From a virus (taxonomy: Duplodnaviria > Caudoviricetes), in IMG/VR virus record IMGVR_UViG_3300024310_000009, positions 1 through 61,252 of that record: a stretch of 61,252 nucleotides of DNA. One strand, written 5' to 3'. Numbering within the stretch: the stretch's first letter is position 1; the number at the start of each line of letters is the position of its first letter. Of this stretch, positions 17,130-26,639 are shown piece after piece. The notes below the pieces were generated by a model. That model made no database searches. It saw only the letters and a list, made by a program, of their open reading frames with translations, and was not told the DNA's origin. The translations under genes were made by a program, and so were the position numbers.

Positions 17130-17380
17130 TTATGGGTGAACAACCTGCTACCGTCTTCATCGGCTGGCGCCGCAAACGTGGTGCGAAGCACGACCCCTGG
17201 CAGCGGGTGGAAGGATCGGAGCGATCATTGCCCCGAGACGTGTTCCTCTTCCTGATGGATGCGGAGTTGAAGACGCCCTACGAGTCGGAGTGGGAATACG
17301 CGGTGACGCCGGAAGGACAGGCTCCGGCAAATGACAATATCGCCCAGCGTTATCGGACGCGGCAGTTGTTACCGCCGTGA
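17126..17380 (+). CDS. Hypothetical protein
   Basis: GTGA overlap; ends just before capsid promoter. Confidence 0.5.
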   Translation: MIMGEQPATVFIGWRRKRGAKHDPWQRVEGSERSLPRDVFLFLMDAELKTPYESEWEYAVTPEGQAPANDNIAQRYRTRQLLPP

Positions 17381-17384
17381 GGCA

Positions 17385-17415
17385 TTTGCACCCGAAACAA
17401 GAAATGAGTTAGATT
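17385..17415 (+). promoter_or_regulatory. Promoter (TTTGCACCCGA family) for capsid operon
   Basis: TTGCAC-N18-TAGATT. Confidence 0.65.
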
Positions 17416-17488
17416 GCCCACCTGATGCAACGCCTCGGAACCGTTGACGTCGGGGACTACCAAAAACCGGAACAGAGCAGAGGTCCAC

Positions 17489-18862
17489 ATGGGTAAGCCA
17501 GTCACAACCGATCCGACCAAAATGGTCCTCGACGAGATCGCCGAACTGAAGGCGCAAAACAACAGGTGGGGTCCGGTCTTCGAGGACATGCTCAAGCAAC
17601 TCAAGGAGCCGGCATCGAAAGCGGGCATGACGCCCGCGGCTCTCCTCCACGCGATGGCGAACCAGCCGAAGGGTGGCAATCCCTACTTTTCAACGCCAGG
17701 AGGTGTGGGCCGGATGCCCCACGGTTCCAAGACCCTCGGCCCGGACTTCGGCAAGATGCTGGCGGCCCTGGTCGGCTATCAGGACCCCAAACTCGCGAAC
17801 TACACGAACCAGAACGACATAAACAAGTTGTTCGAGCCGGAATCCAAGGGCGGCTTTGGTGTGACCAAGGCGGCTCTCGCAGAAGGGTCCGGCGTTACAG
17901 GCGGTTACACGGTGCCGCCACAGTTCGCGATGAACCTGATGGAACTGGCGGTCGAGGAGAGTATCGTTGAGGGGCGGGCATCGTCCCTTCCTCTGACGAA
18001 TCGCACCTTGCAGGTTCCCTACCTCGATCAGTTCGAGACCGTCAGCGCTGGGCAGTCGCCGTTCCTCGGCGGCATGGTGGCGACGTGGTCGAGCGAAGCC
18101 TCCACTCGTGTTGAGACGGAACCCACCTTCAACGCTTTCGAGCTGACGGCGTGGGAATTGTCGTTCTACTGCCTCGCGAGCAACACGCTCCTGGCAGATT
18201 CCGCAATCGCCCTCGAAGCGCTGCTGACGCAACTCTTCAAGTCGGCAATCGCGTGGTACACCGACTGGGCGTACCTGCAAGGCGACGGCGTCGGCAAACC
18301 CACGGGCATTGCCGGCCACGCCGCGACCATCGGCGTTGCGCGCCAAACGGCCTCTCGCTTCACGTTCCAGGACGCCGTGAAGATGCACGAGCGCGCGTCC
18401 TACCTCCTGACCAACGAGAACAAGGTCGCCTGGCTCTGCCATCCGTCCGTCGAACATCAGCTCTGGCTGATGAACGACCAGAGCGGCGCGACCGCGGGTA
18501 CCGGCCGGTTGGTTTACACGCCGATCGATGCCGGGGCACAGTCCGCCATCTTCAGCGGCTCCGGCATTCAGCCACGCGGCAAGCTACTGGGCCTGCCCGT
18601 GATCTTCACCGAGAAGGTGAACAAGCTGGGCACGGCCACGGTCGGCGGCGACGTGTACCTGATCGACTTCTCCCGCTACCTGCTCGGAAAGCGGAGTGAT
18701 TTGGTGGTTGATTTTTCAACCCAGGTGCGTTTCCTCAACAACCAGGTCGCTTGGAGAGTTTTATGGAGGGGAGATGGGGCGCCATGGTTTCGGTCGCCAA
18801 TCACTCTGGTCGATCCGGCGGGCGGCACGTTCCAGGTGAGCTACGCGGTGCGTTTGGTGTGA
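17489..18862 (+). CDS. Major capsid protein 1 (HK97 fold, N-terminal leader)
   Basis: TKAALAEGSGVTGGYTVP, ETEPTF, GDGVGKPTGI, LLGLPV, R.DG. Confidence 0.92.
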   Translation: MGKPVTTDPTKMVLDEIAELKAQNNRWGPVFEDMLKQLKEPASKAGMTPAALLHAMANQPKGGNPYFSTPGGVGRMPHGSKTLGPDFGKMLAALVGYQDPKLANYTNQNDINKLFEPESKGGFGVTKAALAEGSGVTGGYTVPPQFAMNLMELAVEESIVEGRASSLPLTNRTLQVPYLDQFETVSAGQSPFLGGMVATWSSEASTRVETEPTFNAFELTAWELSFYCLASNTLLADSAIALEALLTQLFKSAIAWYTDWAYLQGDGVGKPTGIAGHAATIGVARQTASRFTFQDAVKMHERASYLLTNENKVAWLCHPSVEHQLWLMNDQSGATAGTGRLVYTPIDAGAQSAIFSGSGIQPRGKLLGLPVIFTEKVNKLGTATVGGDVYLIDFSRYLLGKRSDLVVDFSTQVRFLNNQVAWRVLWRGDGAPWFRSPITLVDPAGGTFQVSYAVRLV

Positions 18863-18868
18863 GGTGGA

Positions 18869-19099
18869 GTGATGGCACGCGGCAAGGTAACGGTGACGGC
18901 GGAACTGCTGATGGACATTCTGCACTTGCCGCCTGACACGGTCTTTATCGCCAGCGCCGGGTATCAGGAACTGCGCTCGGTGTCTTTCATCGTCGAGCAT
19001 CCTGGCATCAAGGCAGGAGTGGCAGGGCAGACGTGCGAGGTATCGCCGCAGTTCAGTCGCGAGGATGGCGAAGTGGTGTTCAAGGGGTGGGGGCAGTAA
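18869..19099 (+). CDS. Hypothetical protein between the two capsid genes
   Basis: GGAG RBS; abuts capsid 2 start. Confidence 0.55.
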   Translation: MMARGKVTVTAELLMDILHLPPDTVFIASAGYQELRSVSFIVEHPGIKAGVAGQTCEVSPQFSREDGEVVFKGWGQ

Positions 19100-20161
19100 A
19101 TGTCCGTCTCAGCACTCAACCGAGACTTGCAAAAGCGTGGGGGAATCTCTCGCGGGAGCGAGTGGTCCGTTACGCCGTGCTTCGCCGACTGGCTGTTGCG
19201 CGTCGCCTACAACGACGCACGTGGCCTGGCGAAGCACTACGGCACCGAGCGCACCAAAGCGGCCATGAGCGAAACGCCCTCTGGGGCTTTCGGCGGCTAT
19301 CTCGTACCCGTGGAACTTCGCTACGACCTCATGACTGACATGGCGGAAGAGTCGATCTTCCGTCGCCTGGGTGCCACCGTCCTGCCGATGGCGAGCAGCA
19401 CGCTTCAGTTGCCGTTGCCCGATGCGCAGACGGTACAGGCGGCTGGTACGTCGCCCTTCTTCGGCGGCATCAAAATGACGTGGACGCCAGAGGCCGCTAC
19501 GCGAACGGAGACCGAGCCAACATTCCGGCAACTGGAGCTGCACGCCTGGGATCTGAGTGGGTTTGCCTACCTGAGTAAGAACCTTCTCGACGACACCGGG
19601 GCGGCCCTGGAAGCGTACCTGCGGCAGTTGTTCGCGAGAGAGCTGGCCTGGGGTGAAGACTACGCCTTTTTCAACGGCGATGGAACCGGCAAGCCGCTGG
19701 GCATCCTGCCCAATCCTGGCACGGTTTCGGTAACACGGGCGACAGCAACGAACTTCAAACCGATCGATGCGGACAAGATGCTGGGGCGACTTCTGCCGTC
19801 GAGTTACGCCCGTTCGGTGTGGGCGATGCACCCGACCGTGCTGGCCCAACTGGAGACCAACTTCGCCGGCTGGATACCGAACGGTCCGCTGATCCTGCAC
19901 GGGCGCCCGATTATCCCGACGGAACTCCTGCCTGTGCTTGGCACAACAGGCGACGTCACGTTGTTCGACCCGTCGCGATACATCATCGGCGATCGTCAGG
20001 CGGTTGAGATCGAGTCCAGCGACACCCCGGGCTGGGCTAACAATCAAATGGCGTGGAGAATCTTGGCGAGGTTGGATGGACAGCCACAGGTTTCCCTACC
20101 GATCACGCTCCAGAACGCGAGTACGACCGTGAGCCCTTACGTTGTGCTCGGCCCGCCCTGA
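19100..20161 (+). CDS. Major capsid protein 2 (HK97 fold paralogue)
   Basis: TKAAMSETPSGAFGGYLVP, ETEPTF, GDGTGKPLGI, LHGRPI, RLDG. Confidence 0.9.
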   Translation: MSVSALNRDLQKRGGISRGSEWSVTPCFADWLLRVAYNDARGLAKHYGTERTKAAMSETPSGAFGGYLVPVELRYDLMTDMAEESIFRRLGATVLPMASSTLQLPLPDAQTVQAAGTSPFFGGIKMTWTPEAATRTETEPTFRQLELHAWDLSGFAYLSKNLLDDTGAALEAYLRQLFARELAWGEDYAFFNGDGTGKPLGILPNPGTVSVTRATATNFKPIDADKMLGRLLPSSYARSVWAMHPTVLAQLETNFAGWIPNGPLILHGRPIIPTELLPVLGTTGDVTLFDPSRYIIGDRQAVEIESSDTPGWANNQMAWRILARLDGQPQVSLPITLQNASTTVSPYVVLGPP

Positions 20162-20210
20162 GTAACGGCTTTGGTTTGAGATCGAGGAACAGAGAGAGGA
20201 ACAGACCACG

Positions 20211-20678
20211 ATGTACACCGAACAAATGACTCAGCGACTGTTCCTTGCGATGGGGCAGCCGCCAGCCAACTACGCCGCGAACGCCACTCCGTACTACAGC
20301 GGAGTGGTGGACATGGCGAAGTTCAAGCGAGCCCTGTTTGTCCCGATACTCGGCGTGATCGACGCCGCTGGCACGATGGACGGCCGCTTGCAAAGCTGTG
20401 CTCTCGCCAACTTCGCGTCTGGCGTCCACAACATCACGGGAACCAACCTGACCCAGGTGCCGAACACGGCCGCCAACACGATCGTCACGATGGAGATTCG
20501 ATCGGACCAGGTGGCCCAGCAGAACGCGGGCGACAGGTACGTTCGCGCTTCAACCACGATTACGACGAACAGCATCATCTATGCCATACTCGCCATCGGC
20601 GATGATGCCGTGCAGAAGCCGGGCAACGCCCAAAATAACACGTCCGTCGTGACGCAGCAGGTCGTCGGCTCCAGTTGA
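20211..20678 (+). CDS. Probable capsid decoration/cement protein
   Basis: Directly after capsids; VDMAKF..RYVR beta-rich pattern. Confidence 0.6.
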   Translation: MYTEQMTQRLFLAMGQPPANYAANATPYYSGVVDMAKFKRALFVPILGVIDAAGTMDGRLQSCALANFASGVHNITGTNLTQVPNTAANTIVTMEIRSDQVAQQNAGDRYVRASTTITTNSIIYAILAIGDDAVQKPGNAQNNTSVVTQQVVGSS

Positions 20679-20709
20679 GACCTCTATCCCGAAGAGGTGG
20701 GGTGACCGG

Positions 20710-20781
20710 GGCTCGCGTGGGGGTAAGGCGGTACGTTTCTCGTTTCACCTCCCGCCTTCGCCTTTACGCGAGCCGCTTTTT
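20710..20781 (+). terminator. Long hairpin plus T-run, probable intrinsic terminator
   Basis: GGCTCGCGT/ACGCGAGCC outer stem, AAGGCGG/CCGCCTT inner stem, TTTTT. Confidence 0.6.
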
Positions 20782-20795
20782 CAGGTGGGGGTGCT

Positions 20796-21599
20796 ATGCA
20801 GGACTGGCACGAGCGAGCGGCTGAGGAAGTGGTTGCGGTGCTGGACGCCACCGAGGCGGCGGTAACGGTACAGGTACAGACACCACCGGCCTCGGTCTTC
20901 GTCGGTGTGCCGCACTACGGCTCTCTTGTTCCCGAAGTGCTTCGCTCGATCATGACGGCCAGCACGGAGGCACAGGTTCATGTGACCACGAATGGCGCTT
21001 CCCTTCTCGCCCACAACTTCAACATCTTGTGGTGCAGCGCGCTGAATAAGCGAGCGGAAAGCAACCTGACGCACTTCGCCATGCACCACGCGGACATTCT
21101 CGCGGAGGCGTGTTGGCTCGACAAACTGCTGGAGGAGATGCGAAGGGTAGAGGCGGATGTGATTTCTGTCGTGGTGCCGATCAAGGACAGTCGGGGTCTT
21201 ACATCGACCGGGATGCAGGACCCGCAGACCATGAATATCCGACGTCTAACGATGGCGGAAATCATGGACTTACCAGTCACGTTCGACGCGGAGGACACGC
21301 GCAAGTTTTGGGAGGATGACAACCCGCGCTGGCTGATGGTCAACACCGGGTTGTTCCTCGTGGACTTCACAAAACCCTGGGTCGAAGAATCGTACTTTGA
21401 AATCCGGGACGCAATCCGGCGGGGAGAAGACGGGCGGTTTTCCGCCCATGTCCTTTCCGAGGACTGGCACTGGTCCGGGATGCTCGCCCGCAAAGGTCTG
21501 CGTGTGTTCGCCACAAGAGCGGTTCACGTCGTCCATTATGGGCGGGCGGACTTTCACAATAACCAGGTGTGGGGCTGTGCGACAGACCCCGGAGGGTGA
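20796..21599 (+). CDS. GT-A (family 2-like) glycosyltransferase
   Basis: VFVGVP, HFAMHHADI, NTGLFLV, LSEDW, V.HYG. Confidence 0.7.
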   Translation: MQDWHERAAEEVVAVLDATEAAVTVQVQTPPASVFVGVPHYGSLVPEVLRSIMTASTEAQVHVTTNGASLLAHNFNILWCSALNKRAESNLTHFAMHHADILAEACWLDKLLEEMRRVEADVISVVVPIKDSRGLTSTGMQDPQTMNIRRLTMAEIMDLPVTFDAEDTRKFWEDDNPRWLMVNTGLFLVDFTKPWVEESYFEIRDAIRRGEDGRFSAHVLSEDWHWSGMLARKGLRVFATRAVHVVHYGRADFHNNQVWGCATDPGG

Positions 21600-21604
21600 T
21601 ACCT

Positions 21605-22138
21605 ATGGCGACGGCAAACAAAACCCTGCACATCCCCGACGATGCGGCCATCCTCGAAGTGGGGCAGGGCGACACGCGAGCCCAGATGATCCTCTCGGGT
21701 ACCTACGAGAACCTGCAAGGGCTCGTCGAGGGCACCGTGGACGGGAAACTGTGGCACGGTCTCGCCACCGTTGATGCTCTCTCAAACGTCTGCGAGTACG
21801 GCCTGATTGGGCCGGCGGATAATTCCACCTTGGTCCTCGCAATGGACTGTGCCCTGTTGACGCAGGTGCGGTTCCGGGTGACGGCGCTCACGTCTGGCGC
21901 CGCCGACGTGCGCTGGGACAGCGGCTCGTTCCCTGGCACCGTGTTGCCGGCGGTCCCCTCGGTGGAGCGCAAGACCGTGGCGGCGAAGCCGAAGCCTGAG
22001 AAGCCTACTCATCCTGAGCACCCGGCGCATCCGGCACATCCAGTGATGCCCCATGCGGCGCTGGAGGCTCCCGAACCGCATGAGAAACACGAGAAGCACG
22101 ACCCGGTCAAGACGCACGGGAAGAAGCCGCGGGAGTAA
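21605..22138 (+). CDS. Virion protein, paralogue of N-terminus of next gene, His/Pro-rich tail
   Basis: SGTY..EG..W..LA..D..QVRFRVTALTSG..SGSFP shared with 22143-23333. Confidence 0.6.
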   Translation: MATANKTLHIPDDAAILEVGQGDTRAQMILSGTYENLQGLVEGTVDGKLWHGLATVDALSNVCEYGLIGPADNSTLVLAMDCALLTQVRFRVTALTSGAADVRWDSGSFPGTVLPAVPSVERKTVAAKPKPEKPTHPEHPAHPAHPVMPHAALEAPEPHEKHEKHDPVKTHGKKPRE

Positions 22139-22142
22139 CAAC

Positions 22143-23333
22143 ATGGCGACTGCATCCGGCACACTGACAACGATTGGCGACACCCTGGCCCTTGACGGCC
22201 AGGTGGGTGACAATCGCTCCATGTTCGTGTTCTCTGGAACCTACGGGAGCGTGACCGGCGTTTTTGAGTGCGCCAGCGGCGACTCCGATCCCGTCTGGGT
22301 GCCGGTAGCAGCGCTGGCGATAGCGGACAACGTCTGGCACACGGGCACCATCACCCTGACGGATGACTCCTCGGTGGCCTACGCCGTGGACTCGTCCGGC
22401 TGCGATCAGGCACGCTTTCGCGTCACTGGAATCTCATCTGGTGATCTGAACGTCCGGGGCAGCAGTGGCAGTTTTCCGTTGAGCCTGGGCAGTGCCGCTG
22501 CGGGCCTCGTGACCTTCGATGTGTCGAGCATCGACGTTGCCTCGGGCATCACGCCGGGCACTGTGACGGCCGACAAGATTCTCTCGGTGGACAGCGCCCG
22601 CGATGTTGCCACGTTGCACACTGTCACTCTCGACGGGGACCTCGTTACCGGGACAACGACCCTCAGCGAGACGGACCTGGCGAAGATCGACGGCATCACC
22701 AACGGCACGGCAGCCAACAACAAAGCGGTGGTCCTTGATGGGTCGAAGGGTATCGCGACCATCACCTCGGCGACCATCACGACGCTAACCTCCACCACCG
22801 TCAACGCCACCACGGCGCACGGCACCGCGGTCACGGCAGGAGCGTCTGGTACGGCAGGTACGGTCACGGTTTTCCCTGGCACAGGAAGCAAGGGCAGGAC
22901 CACCCTCACGGCGACGGATAACAGCGGCGACACCATCACAGCCATTGTGACTGCGGCCCAGGCCGGGGCTCGCACTTACACGATCACCGACCCAATCGCC
23001 AGCACGGGCAATGTCAACCCGGAGGCGATTCAGGCAGTCAGCACCGACACCGCCATCACGATCAAGAACGGCACGGTGTTGATAACCAAAAGCAGTGCAG
23101 CAACCGTAACCCTGGCGGCGCCGACGGCGACCACGCACGACGGAATGATACTGAATATCGTCTCGACGACGGCACAGACACACACGGTCGCCAATGCCTC
23201 GCCAGGCTTCAACAACGGCGGCAGTGGCAAGGATACGGCTACCTTCGGCGGGGCCATCGGCGACGGCTTCGTGGTGGTTGCGTACCAGGGAGCCTGGTAT
23301 CTGCTCACTTCTACTAACGTGACGCTGGGCTGA
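22143..23333 (+). CDS. Thr/Gly-rich head fibre/decoration protein
   Basis: Beta-rich, T/G/A-rich; DGITNGTAANNKAVVLD repeat-like segments. Confidence 0.6.
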   Translation: MATASGTLTTIGDTLALDGQVGDNRSMFVFSGTYGSVTGVFECASGDSDPVWVPVAALAIADNVWHTGTITLTDDSSVAYAVDSSGCDQARFRVTGISSGDLNVRGSSGSFPLSLGSAAAGLVTFDVSSIDVASGITPGTVTADKILSVDSARDVATLHTVTLDGDLVTGTTTLSETDLAKIDGITNGTAANNKAVVLDGSKGIATITSATITTLTSTTVNATTAHGTAVTAGASGTAGTVTVFPGTGSKGRTTLTATDNSGDTITAIVTAAQAGARTYTITDPIASTGNVNPEAIQAVSTDTAITIKNGTVLITKSSAATVTLAAPTATTHDGMILNIVSTTAQTHTVANASPGFNNGGSGKDTATFGGAIGDGFVVVAYQGAWYLLTSTNVTLG

Positions 23334-23348
23334 GACAGGAGAATCAAG

Positions 23349-23675
23349 ATGGCTGAACCAGTCAAGACAATCAGGGCGAGTGAATCCCGTGTGGTGGACG
23401 TTGACCGCGACCCGGTTGCTTACCTTCTTGCGCACGGCTGGAAACTCTACGAGGGCGACCCGAAGCGGGAAGTTTCCAGGTGGCTCGATCCCACCAAGCC
23501 GGAGTCGGACGTGGAAACCAAGGTCAAGACGGGTACGAAGAAACTGCCTGGCAACAAGGGCACGGAGGACATTTTCCAGACGCGGATTACTCCCGGGGCG
23601 TGGCCGATCTACCGGGCCGCGGCGGTGCAGGTGCAGCTGGAGCGGGACGAGGCGGTAGCAGAGGGGAAAAAGTGA
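23349..23675 (+). CDS. Hypothetical protein
   Basis: AGGAG RBS. Confidence 0.6.
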   Translation: MAEPVKTIRASESRVVDVDRDPVAYLLAHGWKLYEGDPKREVSRWLDPTKPESDVETKVKTGTKKLPGNKGTEDIFQTRITPGAWPIYRAAAVQVQLERDEAVAEGKK

Positions 23676-23711
23676 CGGCTGGGCCGGTACTTTCCCGGCT
23701 TGGCTGCTTCT

Positions 23712-23833
23712 CTCTGGGGTCGGATTTGAACCGACAACGGGGCTGTGCCCCCAGCTGCAGCTGCCACCCGATGTTGATTCATCGAGGTGCCTTCTCAAGG
23801 AGGGCTACGTTTTCCAGTTCCCGCCACCCCTGC
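23712..23833 (-). ncRNA. Degenerate tRNA-Leu(GAG)-like element with inserted hairpin
   Basis: Minus strand: GCAGGGGTGGCGGGAACTGG..TTGAGAA..GTCGG-TTCAAAT-CCGAC; acceptor stem only partly paired. Confidence 0.45.
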
Positions 23834-23883
23834 GTGTCCCCACGCCGCAGCCGTCACCGAGGGGATTGTAAGGTGAGGTCGTC

Positions 23884-24615
23884 ATGCTGTCAAACGTCGA
23901 GGACTTCCGCGCTCTCCTGACTTCAAGCCTCTACGCCTCGTCGTTGGTCGTGACGGTCGCAAACCCTGTTCTGCAGCAGATTCTCGAAGCCGCGGATAGA
24001 GCGGTAAAAGACTACACCCACAGGGACCTCGAACAGCACTCCTACACCGACTACTACGACGGCACGGGGTTGCCGGATTTGCCTCTGCGGCAAAGGCCGG
24101 TGAGTACGATCACGTCGGTCAAGGTCGATCCCAACGGCTACTATGGCGATGGTCCCGATGCGTTCCCGGTTGGGTCGCTTCTTACTCTCGGCACGGACTA
24201 CGTCCTTGTGCGCGACGAGCCGAGGTACGCGGGCGCGGGCAAGAGCAAGTCCGGCATCCTTCGGAGGGCAAGAGGCGTGGCCCTTAGCAGCAATGCTTTC
24301 TGGGACTGGCCCGGACCCTGGATGGGATTACGCAAAGGCACCCTGACCGCAGCCAGAGCCCCGTTCTGGCCCTTCGGCTACGGCAATGTGCAGGTGGTTT
24401 ACACAGCCGGGTACGCCCCAGGTTCGATACCTGCGGACCTGCGGCAGGCAGTCAATCAACTCGCCGTTGAGATGTTCAGGAAGGGCCGCTACGGGTACAT
24501 CCCGTCGAGTGAGAGTCTCGGCGAATACTCGTACTCGCTGGCTGTGCAAACGCTCAACTCGCTGGCGGATACGAAGATGCTGCTGGCGAACTATCGCGAG
24601 GTGGCAACCGGGTAG
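23884..24615 (+). CDS. Head-tail connector (gp6/gp15-like)
   Basis: LEAADRAVKDY, RPVSTITSV, VVYTAGY..IPADL, SESLGEYSY. Confidence 0.8.
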   Translation: MLSNVEDFRALLTSSLYASSLVVTVANPVLQQILEAADRAVKDYTHRDLEQHSYTDYYDGTGLPDLPLRQRPVSTITSVKVDPNGYYGDGPDAFPVGSLLTLGTDYVLVRDEPRYAGAGKSKSGILRRARGVALSSNAFWDWPGPWMGLRKGTLTAARAPFWPFGYGNVQVVYTAGYAPGSIPADLRQAVNQLAVEMFRKGRYGYIPSSESLGEYSYSLAVQTLNSLADTKMLLANYREVATG

Positions 24616-24767
24616 TCAGAGTATCGAAGCATGAATGATAGATGCGATGTTGCTGCTGGTGGCGTCGGTCTTGTCAGGCCGAAAGCGCCTTTGAATGGCG
24701 GCATGACCCGAGGCGAGTATGAGGGGTTTCTGCGGGCGGTTGAGAAGTGGCATGAGACGGATAAGCG

Positions 24768-25112
24768 ATGACGATCGAGGCCCTACTCGCTGGTGATCTC
24801 ATCACGGTGCAGGCCCCCACCATTGGGTCCGACCCATCGGCTGGCGGCACTTTCACTCCCTGGGTAAACCTGTACGCCAGCATCCCGGCACGAGTGGAGG
24901 ACGCCAGCGCTCACCAGATGCTCGCCTACGCCATGCAGGGTATGCACATCACGCACCGCATCTTTACACAGCAATCTGGTATCGTCAACGGACACCGGAT
25001 CATCACGAGCACGGGGCTGGTGGTGCGGGTGGTGGGCGTGCAGTTTCGTAGGGGCGGACTGGGCAGCATACCTGATTACTACGTCATCACGGGAGAGGAG
25101 ATTGTGCTGTGA
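24768..25112 (+). CDS. Head closure/head-tail adaptor (gp16-like)
   Basis: W..IPARV..THRIF; synteny. Confidence 0.65.
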   Translation: MTIEALLAGDLITVQAPTIGSDPSAGGTFTPWVNLYASIPARVEDASAHQMLAYAMQGMHITHRIFTQQSGIVNGHRIITSTGLVVRVVGVQFRRGGLGSIPDYYVITGEEIVL

Positions 25113-25274
25113 CCGAGGACCAGGAGAAGGAACTGCGCCGACGAACGGACGAACTCAATGCGGCAACGATTGTTATACTGACCGAATGCAGGCGATTACT
25201 CAATGCCAGAATCGCTGAGGTGGATCGCATCATGTTCGGCGACCCGGCAGCACCCAAACCGCAAGGAGTCATCC

Positions 25275-25673
25275 GTGGGTATCCTCTTCTGGAGAACGGA
25301 CAAGGTGCTCGCCGAAGTGGAGCGGCGTCTGAATCGCGGCTTGACGGCGGGGGCGAATGTCCTCCTGAACCGGATCAAGGAGAAACTCAGCGTACCGGCG
25401 CCGCGAGTCCTGGTGACGAGCAAGAAGGGGATTCCCTATTACCGGGCCACGACACGGGCAACACCGGGAGCGCCGCCGAGGAAGCTGTCCGGGAGGCTAA
25501 GGGCATCGGGTAGCTACGAGGTGGACATTGCCGAGCGGAACACGCGCATTGTGTTTAACACCATCTACGCTATCCCCCTTGATACCCACATGAACCATCC
25601 CTATCTGTCCAGTACGTTGCCCGAGGCGGCCGCGGAGATGAAAGAGGCGATGAAGCGAGCGATGGAGATGTGA
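25275..25673 (+). CDS. HK97 gp10-like tail completion protein
   Basis: AAGGAG RBS; PGAPPRKLSGRLRAS, YA..L, HPYL. Confidence 0.7.
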   Translation: MGILFWRTDKVLAEVERRLNRGLTAGANVLLNRIKEKLSVPAPRVLVTSKKGIPYYRATTRATPGAPPRKLSGRLRASGSYEVDIAERNTRIVFNTIYAIPLDTHMNHPYLSSTLPEAAAEMKEAMKRAMEM

Positions 25674-25679
25674 GCCACC

Positions 25680-26123
25680 ATGCCGACGCTCAACACGGTC
25701 CTGCAAGCCGTGAAATTCCAGCTCCTCACCACGCCGGCAATCACGGCGGTCGTCAGCAGCCGTATCTGGCTGGCCCAGGCCCCCGAAAAAACAGTCTTGC
25801 CGCACATCGTCATCCGGCACGAGGGCGAGGTGCCGAACTACAGTTCCCAGAGTGTCCGCGAGGTGACAACGCTCACCTTCGTCTGTTCCTCGACACCGTT
25901 AGCGGACGACGCCGACGCTCTGGTATTCCTCGTCAAGGGCGTCTTCAATCCCAATTCCAGCCTGCCCAATTCCGGGCAAGAACTGAACATCAACGGGGCT
26001 ACCACGACTTACCTGCGACAGAAAAACTACCGCCTCGGTGTCTCCCCTCAGCGCGCTCCCTCGGGCGAGTTCGTGTTCGAGGGGGAACTTACCTTCGACG
26101 TCATGATCGCCAAGGCGTGGTAG
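25680..26123 (+). CDS. Tail terminator (DUF3168-like)
   Basis: VSSRIW..APE..LPHIV; synteny. Confidence 0.65.
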   Translation: MPTLNTVLQAVKFQLLTTPAITAVVSSRIWLAQAPEKTVLPHIVIRHEGEVPNYSSQSVREVTTLTFVCSSTPLADDADALVFLVKGVFNPNSSLPNSGQELNINGATTTYLRQKNYRLGVSPQRAPSGEFVFEGELTFDVMIAKAW

Positions 26124-26135
26124 CCGCTACCCCCA

Positions 26136-26166
26136 TTTGAACCCGAGAACGTCTCTGGGGTACTCT
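26136..26166 (+). promoter_or_regulatory. Promoter (TTTGAACCCGA family) for tail genes
   Basis: TTGAAC-N18-TACTCT. Confidence 0.65.
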
Positions 26167-26204
26167 CTCTCTTGCTTCACGGGAACAGAGAGAGAGGTGC
26201 TTCG

Positions 26205-26597
26205 ATGGCAGGCGTTACCCATGTGTTCTCCTTTGGCTGGCGTAACGGCTCGGCCAACCCGCTCAACCCCTCGGTGTCCGTCAACGCAGACGCCGAGGTC
26301 AACGTCGTCAACACCGTCATCAACGCGAACACCACGAACACCGAGATCGACGTGACCATACCCTTTGCGTCCATCAAGGGGTTGTTCATGTATTCGGACG
26401 TGGACATGACGGTCCACACGAACAACACAACCGGGGCGCAGACGTTCGACCTGACCGGCGGTTCGCCGATCACCTGGTACACAGGCAGCGGCCTGGACAA
26501 CCCGGTCAACACTGACGTGACGGCACTCTTCGTTGACTGCCCGGGTGCCGTGAATGGTCACTTCGACCTGCGCTGTGCCCTGGACGTGACGCCGTGA
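26205..26597 (+). CDS. Putative tail-associated structural protein
   Basis: GAGG RBS; beta-rich; precedes tail tube. Confidence 0.6.
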   Translation: MAGVTHVFSFGWRNGSANPLNPSVSVNADAEVNVVNTVINANTTNTEIDVTIPFASIKGLFMYSDVDMTVHTNNTTGAQTFDLTGGSPITWYTGSGLDNPVNTDVTALFVDCPGAVNGHFDLRCALDVTP

Positions 26598-26639
26598 TTC
26601 ACTGAGACCAAAACGGGGCCGGAACAGAGAGGGTGAGTC

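Noticed and set aside
25109-25513. ORF with capsid-like fragment DRIMFGDPAAPKPQGVI
   Set aside because: Short resemblance only, and the ORF overlaps the gp10-like gene extensively; cannot be supported
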